DNA of 64,000 bases from Camelus dromedarius (Eukaryota). The stretch lies in the NCBI RefSeq assembly GCF_036321535.1, contig NC_087437.1:44456001-44520000 (forward strand), in the 5' to 3' direction. Made by a program: the position numbers and the translations under genes. The notes below the pieces were generated by a model that saw only the letters and a list, made by a program, of their open reading frames with translations, did no database searches and had not been told where the DNA came from. Shown here piece by piece: positions 1-11,792 of the stretch (position 1 is the first letter of the stretch; each line of letters opens with the position of its first letter).

Positions 1-918
1 AGTGACACAGAAAGCAGGGAAAGAGCTGTTATTCAAAGAAGAACTAATAAAAATTCTTACAGCATTAAAGACATTGACTCGGCAGTTCATAGTTCTCCCA
101 TAATAAGAACGTCAAGTACAGACAATTTGTAGTTTAATACCTATTTTTCAAAAATTATTATATTCAAGTTCTCTGAAAGAACAGATCGAGAAAGTGAATA
201 CAGAGGTGAAAAAAATAATGAAGATGTTCTTGAGGAAGAACAAATAGGAGGGCTTGCCATTCTGAATATTAAGGCATATTCTGTGGTAATAGTAATGAAA
301 ATAGAGTATCATTGTGGATATGGATCAAAAGTCTAATGGAATTGATTAAGGAGCCCAGTCAGACCCACACACATATAGAAATTTATATATGACAACTGTC
401 ATTGCACATGAATGAAGAATGTGACAAAGGGAACTAGGGTGATTCAGAAAAAGAAAAAAAGTAATATTCCATGCATTCCTACCTCACACACACACACACC
501 CACACACCCCCATTCTGGGTAGACACTGAAATGTGAAAAACTGAATTCTTTAGAACTGTTATGAGAATAACTTCATTACTTCACATTTCAGAAGGATTTT
601 GTAAGCACATCAGAAAAATGCAAACCATTATATTGAAAACCATGGGCATTAAGATTATAAACTTTTAATCACCCTAAAACATGACATTGAAAATGAAAGA
701 GAAGCCAAAAACTGGAGAAGATAAGTAGAATATATATGAGCTAAAAGAAAAATTATCCAGACTATATAAAGACTTCCATGAATGTGGTGAATGGACACAG
801 TCAGTCACTGCATGGAAAGGGAACATGGAGGGCTAAATAATACATGAAAAGCTCTTTATTAGTCATCATGGAAATGCAAATTAAACCCACAGTGGGACAC
901 AGTTGTACCCATTTTGGC

Positions 919-1053
919 TTGTTTGTTTGTTTTTTGAAGGGTAGGTAATTAGGTTTCTTCATTGATCTCTTCTTGGAGGAGGTACTGGAGTTTGAACCCC
1001 TGACCTCTTGGTTGCTGAACATGCACTCTACCACTTGAGATATACTCTTCCCC
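919..1053 (-). mobile_element. tRNA-Ala-derived SINE, camelid Vic-1 type (diverged copy)
   Basis: The reverse complement reads ggggaagagtatatctcaagtggtagagtgcatgttcagcaaccaagaggtcaggggttcaaactccagtacctcc...aacctaattacctaccc followed by an A-rich tail. It is homologous to the copy at 62586. Confidence 0.85.
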
Positions 1054-1575
1054 CACAATTTTACCTTTTTTGGACTGCAAAAATTAGGTACTCTGAAAAT
1101 AGGACCTTTTAAATAATGCCGGTAGTACAGAAAACTTTGGAAAACTATTCAGCATACCTTGCAACCCAGTGACAGTATTTGTGAGTTAAACAAATAATGG
1201 TACACAATTTAATACCCACTACCCTTGGTAAGAATATATAGTAAAATAAAATACTGAACAGCACCAGCTATTGGTGAGGAATGGAGGAATAATTCATGCA
1301 GAGCTGGCAGGAGTATAATCAGAACCTTTTAAAGAAGCATTTTGGCATTTATGATTAAAGTTACACAAGCACATACCCTATGGAGCAGTAATTCCTTCCC
1401 TAGAGAAATTCTGACATATGTCTTCTAGGAAACATGGATAAGAATGATCAATGCATCATTGTTTGCAATCATAAAAAACAAAATAATTTAAAAATACTTA
1501 TCTTAGGAAATTGATAAATAAACCTAGAGGAATCTCAGAAATATAATCCTGAGTAAAGAAATCACAAAAGAATAC

Positions 1576-1780
1576 AAATATTTACTATAATCATCATATC
1601 GTAAGTTGCTAAGAGAGTAGATTGTTAATATTTTCACCACAGAAAATAATGATAGTTATGTGATGAAGGAATTAGCTAATGCTATGATGGTAATCATTTG
1701 CAATATATAAGTATCAAATCATGATGTTATGTGCTTTAAACTTACATAATGTCGTATATCAGTATATGTAAAAAAAAAAA
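1576..1780 (+). mobile_element. Short L1MA-like 3' end nested in the older L1
   Basis: gttgctaagagagtagattgttaatattttcaccac...tttaaacttacataatg followed by poly(A). It is flanked by the direct repeat aaaagaatac at 1566-1575 and 1781-1790. Confidence 0.75.
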
Positions 1781-2865
1781 AAAAGAATACGTATATAAGA
1801 TACCAATTGTATAAAGGTAAAAATCCATAAAGCCTAAGGAATGAATTATTAAGGACTTATACATGCATATATATTAAATCTATAAAAAAGACAAGAAGAA
1901 CCGCCCCCCCACCCCCCCCAAAAAACCAGATTGGTGATTATCCTGGGGCCAGAGTGAGTGATGGAATAGAGTATCTAGGGGCTTTCAATAGTATTGGAGG
2001 TGTTATGCTTACTAGGCTGGGTCATTCTTCCATTATTCTTCATAATTTTTATATGTTATACATTCTTTATTCAGTTTTTCATAGCATTAAAAAAAGAAGT
2101 TGTAATACAAAAAGGACATATTGTTTAAATTGAAAGTGAAATAGAGAATACACAGATCCTTTACTCAGTAATGTTAGCTTAGCACTGGATAATATTTAGA
2201 AATTTTTCAGCATTGGAACAAATTACTAATTCTTCACTAGAGCCCCTACAGAAGTATTTTATTTATCTTTTGAGGTCGTGTTGTATAACATACACATTTT
2301 GAAACATTTAATGTTTTGTTGTGTTGCTTACATCATAAAACATTTTGAACCTGAGACTAATAAAAGAAACGGCAGAATAAAAGTCTTGCCCACTCACTGG
2401 TGGACTTACGCCCATCCGTTAACTGGCTAGAGGAGAAAAGAAATCTCTCTGAATCATTTTAAATAGCAGTGGCTATGAATTAATCACATCGCCGTATATG
2501 TAATCTTGTCTCAGTCAGCATGACTCCTAGTTTTGGAGCTGGGTTTTAAACGGATTATGTTGATGTCAATAGAAGGACCAGAACCAATGAAAGAACTGGT
2601 TGGCATCAATTGCTCTCTGCTCTGTAGTCCCACAGTGCTTTATTAGTTCTTAATTTAAGAATTTAATTCATTCTGCTTTGATTTTATATAATTTCCTTAC
2701 AAGCTCATCACCTCTACCAAACTCTGAGTTTCTTATGTAATGTCCTGTCTCATTCATCTTTCATATCCGACATCTATTAATAATAATTCATATACTGAAC
2801 AATCATAACTCAAAAGAATAAAGATTTTCCCATTTTTTAGAGCATACTTTTTAAATTTCTTTCAG

Positions 2866-3139
2866 AAATTTGGTACAACTATATAAAAGTGAAGATGACA
2901 TGGAAATTTCAAAGAAGATTAAGACTCAGTGGACTTCTTTGGGCCTAGAAGATGTACAGTTTGTAAATTACTCTGTGCTGCTTAATCTGCCAGGCCCTTC
3001 TCCCAGCTCTGTGACTCTGAGAAGCAGTGGCCAATGCTTTCATCCTAATGGCCAGCCTTGCAGCCAAGAAGCCAGGAAACACAGCAGCCAAGATCCGCTC
3101 TACTCATATGCTGCCTATTCTGCCAAAGGAACTCTCGAG
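2866..3139 (+). CDS. NAALADL2: NAALADL2 internal coding exon (probably exon 3), 274 nt, phase 2 to phase 0
   Basis: Acceptor ttaaatttctttcag| ends at 2865 and donor GAG|gtaata starts at 3140. The translation (R)NLVQLYKSEDDMEISKKIKTQWTSLGLEDVQFVNYSVLLNLPGPSPSSVTLRSSGQCFHPNGQPCSQEARKHSSQDPLYSYAAYSAKGTLE closely matches human NAALADL2 as I recall it (NLVQLYKNEDDMEISKKIKTQWTSLGLEDVQFVNYSVLLDLPGPSP...YSYAAYSAKGTLK). The exon number is from memory. Confidence 0.96.
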
Positions 3140-3674
3140 GTAATATGACCATTTGTCTCTGTCATTTACAGTGAAATGGAATTAGGAAACAACAGCTTTC
3201 ATCTAAATTGAACTAACTGGCAAGAATGCGACATACAAAAGTAGCCGTTCAGTGTTCTCAGTGTGGAGCTGCCAGGGAAGGGGAAGGAAGATTTGAATTG
3301 CCTGACCCTTTTCTTGTCATATTTTAAAAGTGAAAACACACTAGAAAAATTTAATTCCTAAGTGTTGAATGTGTGACTGAGTCATTGACGTTTTGCCTTG
3401 TCCATGTAGTGCAAGTTCATTTCATTCTTTGGTTCTGAAGAGGCACATTTTAATAGATCGATATGGACAGAAAGAACAGAAGTGGAGGCAGTTGTGTTTG
3501 AGACTGTATGCTCACAGGAAAGGAAGTGGAGAATTGATGTGATTATCCACACATTTAAGATCTGAAATGCAGTGTTTCTGTTTTCTTAATGGAAAATATA
3601 CAAACGAGGGACCAGTTGTGAGTTACTGCTTTACTCTTTTGGGGTTTGCTGGGTTTTGGTGTGCTGAGTTTTTG

Positions 3675-3895
3675 GCATTGTGGTTAAGTGTCTGGCTTCT
3701 AGAGCTGCATGGATTAGTTTCAAATCTCAGCTCCCCAATTATCCACTGTGAAGTAAGCATCTAGGGTTGAGTTTTCTCATCTCTGTAGTGGGGATAATAA
3801 TAGTTCCAATTTTATAAGCTTGTTGCAAGAATTAAATTACTTAATATATGTAAATTTTGGAGGATAGAGCTTAGCCCATGATAAGGACAATATAG
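3675..3895 (+). mobile_element. MIR SINE
   Basis: gtggttaagtgtctggcttctagag...tcaaatctcagctcc...gagttttctcatctctgtagtggggataataatagt, the MIR core. Confidence 0.75.
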
Positions 3896-3980
3896 CATTT
3901 AGATACATAGTTTTTAATTGGTTACTAGCTTCCTTTATATAGGCAAATTTTTCCACCTCCATTTAAAAGTATCATTTTTT

Positions 3981-3991
3981 GTATATATATA

Positions 3992-4039
<48 letters not shown>

Positions 4040-4052
4040 ATATATATATATA
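3981..4052. repeat. (TA)n/(TG)n microsatellite at the L1 tail
   Basis: Directly visible gtatatatatatgtgtgtgtgtatatata... tract. Confidence 0.9.
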
Positions 4053-5810
4053 TTTATTGAAGTATAGTCAGTTTACAGTGTTGTGTCAGTTTCTGGTGTG
4101 CAACACAGTATCTCAGCCTTACATCAACATATATATATATATTCATTTTCATATTGTTTTTCACCATAAGTTAATACAAAATATTGAATATAGTTCCCTG
4201 TGCTATACAGTATGAATTTATTATTTATCTAGTTTATATATATATTAGTATCTGCAAATCTCAAACTCCCAATTTATCCCTTCCCTCCCTTACCTTCCAC
4301 CTCCCAGTAACCGTAAGTTTGTTTTCTATGTCCATCAGTATGTTTCTGTTTTGTAAATAAGTTTGTCTTTTTTTTTTTTTTTTTAGATTCCATATATAAG
4401 TGATATCATATGGTATTTTTCTTTCTCTTTCTGGCTTATTTCACTTAGAATGACAACCACCAGATCCATCCATGTTCCTGCAAATGGCATTATTTTATTC
4501 TTTTTTATGGCTGAGTAGTATTCCATTGTATAAATATACCACATCTTCTTTATCCAGTGGTCTATTGATGAACATTTAAGTTGCTTCCCTGTCTTGGCTA
4601 TTATAAATAGTGCTGCTTTGAACATTGGGATTCAGGTGTCTTTTTGAATTAAAGTCCCCTCTGGATCTATGCCTAGGAGTGGGATTGCTAGATCAAATGG
4701 TAAGTCTCTTTTTAGTCTTTTGAGGAATCTCCATACTGTTTTCCATAGCGGCTGCACCAAACTACATTTCCCACCAACAGTGTTCCCTTTTCTCCACACC
4801 CTTCTGAGCATTTATCATTTGTGGATTTTTGAATGATGCTCATTCTGACTGGTGTGAGGTGAGACCTCATTATAGTTTTGATTTGCATTTCTCTGATAAT
4901 TAACGATTATTGAGCATTTTTTCATGTGCCTATTGGCCATTTGTATGTCTTCATTGGAGAATTGCTTGTTTAGGTCTTCTGCCCATTTTTGGATTGGGTT
5001 GTTTGTTTTTTCTTTATTAAGCTATATGAGCTGTTTACACATTCTGGAAATTAAGCCCTTGTCAGTTTCATCTTTTGCAAATATTTTCTTCCATTCTATA
5101 GGTTTTTTCATTTTGCTTATGGTTCCCTTTTCTGTGCAAAAGCTTATAAGTTTAATTAGGGCCCATTTGTTTATTTTTACTTTTATTTCTATTACCTGGG
5201 TAGATTGCCCTAGGAGAACATTGCTAAGATTTATATCAAATAATTTTTTGCCAAATGTTTTCTTCTAAGAGATTTACAGTGTCTTGTCTTGTTTAAGTCT
5301 TTAAGCTGTTTTAAATTTATCTCTGTGTATGGCGTGAGGGAGTATTCTAACTTCATTGATTTACATGCAGCTGGCCAGTTATCCCAATACCATTTGCTGA
5401 AAAGACTGTCTTTACTCCATTGTATGTTATTGACTCCTTTGTCAAATATTAATTGACCAAAAGTCTGTGGGTTCATTTCTGGGCTCTCTGTTCTGTTCCA
5501 TTGACCCATATGTCTGTTTTTGTACCAATACCATACTGTTTTGATTACTGTAGCTCTGTAGTATTGTCTGAAGTCTAGGAGGGTTATTCTTCCAGCTTCA
5601 TTCTTTTTCTTCATTGTTGCTTTGGCAATTCTGGATCTTTTGTGATTCCATATAAATTTTAGAATTATTTGTTCTAGTTCTGTGAAAAATGTCTTGGCAA
5701 TTTGATAGAGATCACATTAAATCTGTAGATTGCTTGAGGTAGTATGGCCATTTTAACAATATTAATTATTCCAATCCAAGAACATGGGATATCTTTCCAT
5801 TTCTTTAAGT
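4052..5810 (-). mobile_element. 5'-truncated, relatively young L1 (ORF2 C-terminus and 3' UTR), antisense to the host gene
   Basis: Minus-strand ORFs 5231-5614 ([28 protein letters not shown]...QLIFDKG) and 4383-4625 (AALFIIAKTGKQLKC...WIKKMWYIYTMEYYSAIKKN) are L1 ORF2 C-terminal motifs, broken by frameshifts and stops. The 3' end is tttattgaagtatagtcagtttac. Confidence 0.95.
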
Positions 5811-6783
5811 CACATTCAGTGTTTTATAAAACTGTAGATTTCCTTATTTTGTATGAATGAAATATTTGTTAATTATTGGCATAGATTTTTTTTAAGAATC
5901 TAACTTACTATTAATGCTGATTAATGTAATTGAAATTATTGAAAGTTACATTACAGAAATACATGGTTGTTCCTAATTTTTTTTAATTTTGAGGGGCTGG
6001 CATAGGAGGGGCAGTTAACTGATGCTTTGACATTGATTTTGTTCAGAGTTGAAACATTCTCTGACTTTTAGCAGAAGAACTTCATATAAGCAGCACCACC
6101 TTGAAAAGCCTTTTCATTAATTAAAACTTAACATAATATTAAATGTCTGCAGTATTTCTAGCAAAGGACTCGTGTGAGTTGATTTGGTTAGTATACACTA
6201 TGTCTAATAGGCAATAATGGAAATGCATCTGTGTATTAACAGAAATAAAGGGGCACTGCTAGCATTCTGTCTTTGGTTCAGAAAGCTTTGGTCTCAAGGC
6301 AAGAGTCTAAAATCACCCCCCATATTTTCTCTTACGTTTCCAACCCTGCATAAGCCCCACACATTTCCAGGTTCTTCTTTATCCCAGTTAATTCAAGTAT
6401 AGCACAGTTATCTCCTTCCATAAACAAAATCATGTCCAAAATACAGGGCAACAACAAAGCCCCAGAAGCTTGAGTGGGTCCTTGGAATCATCCCCATCTA
6501 TTTGCTTTTCAATTTTCTCTGACAGACATTCATTATTGCTTGACGTGATATGGAAAAGACATGGAACTGTAACTTGTGACTCTGTTTCCTCAGGATAGAA
6601 GTCTTTAATAATCCCCTGGCCCCCTGGATTGTTTATATTCCTATGTAACCATATCTCTGAGGGTTTTTTACATTTATCTTATCAGTTATAAGTGTTTAAA
6701 CTGTATTTGTTTCATACAAAACAAAAACAAGCTGTACTACAGAATCATGGAAGTACTTAAATGTTGGTGAAGTCATAAGTCAT

Positions 6784-6977
6784 GGAACCCTAGTACACTC
6801 TTGGTGGGATTGTAAATTTGTGCAGCCACTATGGAAAACAGTGTGGAGGTTCCTCAAAAAACCAAAAATAGAACCATATGATCTCACATTTCCACTCCTG
6901 GGTACATAATTCAAAAAGGTACACTCACCCCAGTGTTCATAGTAGCATTATTTCTCTCTCTCTCTCTCTCTCTCTCT

Positions 6978-7009
<32 letters not shown>

Positions 7010-7443
7010 AGAATATTATTCAGCCATAAAAAAGAATGTAAGTTTGCCATTTGCAACATCATGGATAGACCTAGAGGGTATTCTGCCTAGTGAAATAAAT
7101 CAGACTGAGAAGAAAAATATTCTGATATATCACTTATAGGTGGAATCTAAAAAATACAACAAATGAATGAATATAACAAAATAGAAATAGACTTACAAAT
7201 ACAGAAAACAACTAGCAATCACCAGTGAGGAGAGGATGGGGGAGAAGGCCAAGACAGGGGATTCGGAGGTACAAATTACTATGTATAAAATAAATAAGCC
7301 TCAGGGATCTATTGTACAGCACAGGGAATATAGCCAGTATTTTATAATAACTTTAAATGGAGTATAATCTATAAAAAGTATTAAATCACTGTGTTATATA
7401 CCTGAAGCTAATATATTATAAATCAACTATACTTCAATAAAAC
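6784..7443 (+). mobile_element. L1 3' end with an internal (CT)n(CA)n microsatellite
   Basis: ggaaccctagtacactcttggtgggattgtaaatttgtgcagccactatggaaaacagtgtggaggttcctcaaaaa through caactatacttcaataaa. ORF 6933 contains EYYSAIKKN...FATSWIDLEGI. Confidence 0.9.
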
Positions 7444-8914
7444 ACTACCATTTTTAATAAAGAAGTGTTGAAAAAGATTTAAAATAAAATAGCTGTTAAA
7501 AGGGAGAAATAAAGTCAGCTATAGATATAGAAGTGTGCTCCATGTTTGAAATATTAGGCCTAGATAAAAGGGAGTAGTGTGAAAAGAACTACAATGCAAT
7601 CATGGATAAAGCAAACACCTTGTATTTGAAGAACATAATTTAAGAAATTAACCATGCAAATTAGATGAAGACACTGGCAATAAGTATTTTTAGAATTATA
7701 TTAATAATTCAGATATATTACACTCAGTACATACTAATTTAAATATTTATGTCAACAAAGGATATAATAACTTACTGATTTTTTAAAATCTTTACTATAT
7801 TAGTCTTATTTTCAAAAGCAAAGCAATTTCTAGGTGACTATACGCACATAGAATATTGCATATATTTTATATACATGTTTTAGACAGATTTATTACTGAA
7901 ACTCATATATTCTAATTAAGAGGACATTTGTGGTTATTCTGTCTCTTCAGACTATTTCCTAATTCAAATCAAACTTGAGAGGTTGCTGCTGATGATTCAG
8001 GCCTACCTACTTTTTGATTTTGAGTACATTGTGTCTGCATGAATTTCTCCCAGGCAGAGCCATTAACAAGTTCTTAAATTATTCTAGTCTGCCTGCCAGC
8101 AAAGCTCCCCACTGCTTCTGCTTTTGACAGGGTCATTTGTGGAAGAGGCGTGTCCCTTTTCTTTGAAGAGCTGTCCTATCCATCATAGGGCCGTTTTGTA
8201 TATACTTCCAATTTTTGCTTTCTGGTAACAGTCTAAACAGCATTTGTGATATCTGAGATCTACTCTGAAAACCTACTTAGTGCCAGCATGATGGATGGTG
8301 TACTTTGCATCTTCTTTGTAATTCACTGTGCACTGGAAAGGTGACATTGTTTACCCTATCATAATGACAGGTGGGTCAGTAAAATGGTCCTAAGGAGAGT
8401 TGTTCTGTCAGATGCAAAATACATATTAAAATGGATACATAAATAATTTAGCATGAGTGAGGTTAGCTTCAGGGAACAAATAGAGATTTATATTTTTATT
8501 GAAAGGTAAATATCAACTATAATATCATCATAATGTTAAAGACATTGAGAAAGAGTGCTGCCAATGTCTAGTCAGTTTTATAAATAGAATATATGACTTT
8601 ATGTAATTCCAGTGCAATAATTTCTTTTGTCCTTTGTGAAACCCCTGCAGATACAGAAAAGGAAAGGGAACAATTCATATTTAATATAGGTGGTCAGATT
8701 GGGTCTGCCATTTTTTTTGTGAAAAGGGGATTTGTCTTTATTTCAATACAGTTGATAAATTTTAGAGTTTTCTGTTAAGCATTATTTTGTGTCTGAAAGA
8801 CAAGCTAAATAATGCAGTTTTATGAAGAAACATTTTTCAGCAACTCCTTAATGGGTATGAAACACTGTTAGCAACACCCTTATCACTCACTTCCCCATTC
8901 CTCAGAAAGCATAC

Positions 8915-9118
8915 TTCCAGAGCCCAGACTATCAACCTTCCTTACTAGTTAAACACCTGGAGGGGTTGGTAACTTCAGTTCTTTAAGCCTCAATGTCCTC
9001 ATTTGTATAAGGAGAATAATAATAGTACCTCAGGTGGTTGTTCTGGAGAAGAAATGATATAAACCATGTAAAGTGACTGGCAGTTAAGAAAGCATTCAAT
9101 AAATGTTAGCTATTATTG
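8915..9118 (+). mobile_element. MIR SINE
   Basis: ctttaagcctcaatgtcctcatttgtataaggagaataataatagtacctc...caataaatgttagctattatt. Confidence 0.75.
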
Positions 9119-11537
9119 TCATAGTATGATATAAAGTAGACACATTTATACTTAGGTATAATGGGAGATATGAAGAAAATACCAGAACTGTATATCATAA
9201 AATTTGGAAGTACAGATTTTTACCATATTATCTGAATATAATCGTCCTATCTTCTGTTTAACATGACAAATATTAATCATCATGGAGAAAAATGCCTTAT
9301 GTATGAATATGATAAAATAAATTCCCTGACCATATTTTTTCATTTTAAACTGAAAGCTCAAATAAATGAGATACTTTATTTTGAATGCAGAATAACAAAC
9401 CACGTCAAGTTTGGGCCTGAAGAGCATTGCTTATCTTTGCTTTGTAAAATATCACGACATAGTTTTAACGCATGAAATTTGAACACTACATTGAATATTT
9501 TGTCAAGAAGTCTTAAAAAGAAAAAATATAACTGCTGCATGGAATCCTTGGATAACTTATAGTCAGATGTCTATTTTCTCATGGCTACGACAACTTTGTC
9601 TTTCTCTTTTATTTTTAATATTCTCAAACTTATCAGTGTTACAGCAAAAGGCAGAGCTGTATGCATTTGATTCTGAATGCTCCTTTTTAGAGATAAAAGT
9701 ATCAGAAAGCCGAAGGAGTAGAAAAACTGTGTTATGGTCTGGGTGTGAAGAAGAGGCTACTGTCTTACACACAGAAATGGGAGCTTGGAGCAGGTTTGCA
9801 GTGTTGAAAATGACTTTACATTTTATTGGTCTCCTTTTTCTCCTGTGGAATCCATTTTTTGGTCAACAGTGCACAAATGGGAGATGAATGGCTTTGAAAG
9901 TAAGTATATGAAAGTTGTTCATTTAAAAACAATCTACATAAAATCCCTTGGCTTAACTTGACCTATTTCTGATTTCATGAGTTCTATGCAACGACTGAGT
10001 TCACAAAACAAATTCGTAATTGACTGCTTTCTTTGAGAATAATAACCATGAAATTAGTTTTCATGTATTTAAGGTACATATTTTTTCCTGTGTTTAAAAT
10101 TTAGATACAATCATTTACAAAGAAAGAAATGATATATCACAACATATTGTCTATAGTTAAATATCTGTTAAGTTATATCTTCTCCTGGAAAAAAGAACAA
10201 AAGCTTATTTTATGAAATAAAAATTTTGAAACAAAGGGAGCTGAATTCACCTAAATGACTAAAGTGCAGTGGCCTGTTTTCCTCCCTCTTCATTGAGAAC
10301 AAATACGGCATTTTTAGTGAGAAAGCACAGATTTCTAATTTGATTAAAGTTATTTCTAAAGATTCTGAATCACCATAATTGTTATTTGACAGAAAGTTCT
10401 AGGTCATAATTTTTATTTTTAATACAATTTCAAGCATATCATTTATAAATTTGTGATATTATTGCTTTCTTAAAAGATTTAATTTATAGCTTAATTTCCA
10501 TAAAATGCCAGTATTCCGTTTACAAATAAGATTTACCCCATTTCAGTGAATGCTTAAAATTCAGTCTTTTCAGAACTACGGAGATCTGTGCAAAAGTTGG
10601 GCTTACATACTATTTCAGTGCACTAGTAGAACTGATTGTAGAAGAAGCAGAATTCCATTTTATTACTTTCATGGCCTACAGGAAGAATTCTCTTGAATAA
10701 ATTTGCAACTCCTTCAATACTCTTACCTTAATAAGTTGAGTATCATTTATTAAATAAAGTACCCTTTGATTATTCATCTGTTTTTCCTTATATTTTAATT
10801 TGATCCTGAAAGATTGACTAATATAGAATTTAGCCCGCTGGCTCCCACTAACGTAACAAGGAACACGCAGCAAATACATCCTGAGTGCCTTTTATATGCC
10901 AATCACAGAAGTAAATGGATACATAGAAAGCTTTGGACAGTGCCCATGTGCAGTTGACAGTCTAATAGGGGAAACTGACAGCTTAGCAGTTACAAAGCTC
11001 CATGGCTCCGTACTGCTATGGACACTGGCAAGTTACTTAAGTATTCTAAACTCAGTTTCCTCATGTGTACAGTAGGCAGAAATATTTACCAAGTATGAAT
11101 GTTCAGAAGATTGACTGAAAACCACTGATACACTCTCCATGGTAAAATGACTACCACAGAAAATATAAATGGTTAAGTTTTCTTTTTCTTTATATCATGT
11201 CATAACAGCCCTGTCCAGTTTAATCCTTCTCGCAGTACATACCTGCATGCGTGTACACACTCACCCACGCACACACACAGGCACACACTTTCTCCCAAAG
11301 GTCTTATATTCAATTTCCAACAAGAAGTTCCTGTGAACCTCCTCTTGCCCCCACCTCTCTCTGGCCATTACCCACCTCTTGCCTTGATCTACTTCTGGAC
11401 TCTTTCCACATTGCCAAGGTCTAGGCACCAGCCTCAAGCCACATCTCTAATGTGTATCTGTTTTTGTTTTCAACTACCTAGCAAAACCTTAAGTAGAGCA
11501 TTGTCTTATCACTTTAAAATGCCAGGCACAGGTGTCC

Positions 11538-11792
11538 CAGTGGTGTGCTGGACTGGCTCAAGCCAGCTTGTTCCTGCTAGTGAAAGTTGATTCTGTGATT
11601 CTCTCCTAATTCTATTCTGATATTTAAATCACAGAAATTTTCAAATGGTTATTTGAAATTCAAAAACATCTGGGTTTTTCCCACCCTCCCTCTTCCTTCT
11701 TTCCTCCCCTCCCCTCCCATTGTCTCCCCTTCCCTCCCCCTCACTTTCCTTCCCTTCCTTCCCCAGAGGTCAGTTTTACTAGCATACAACTT
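11538..11792. mobile_element. Putative hAT-Blackjack (MER63-like) fossil with an internal polypyrimidine tract
   Basis: It starts cagtggtgtgctgg (recalled MER63-type terminal inverted repeat). A degenerate reverse complement ctagcatacaactt (10/14 match) lies at 11779-11792. Confidence 0.45.

Larger units (their letters stand above)
1..2100 (+). mobile_element. Ancient degraded L1 (L1M/L1ME-like) ORF2 3' part and 3' UTR, interrupted by younger insertions
   Basis: ggagggcttgccattctgaatattaaggcatattc...gtaatagtaatgaaaatagagtatc (about 245-310) resembles the L1 ORF2 [23 protein letters not shown] motif. ggaaatgcaaattaaacccacagtggga near 870 and ccctatggagcagtaattcc near 1380 are typical L1 3' segments. 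Confidence 0.65.

Noticed and set aside
4383..5614. ORFs of 80-127 aa as independent genes (also 32039-32292 and 48014-49044)
   Set aside because: They are broken L1 ORF2 fragments or their antisense frames.
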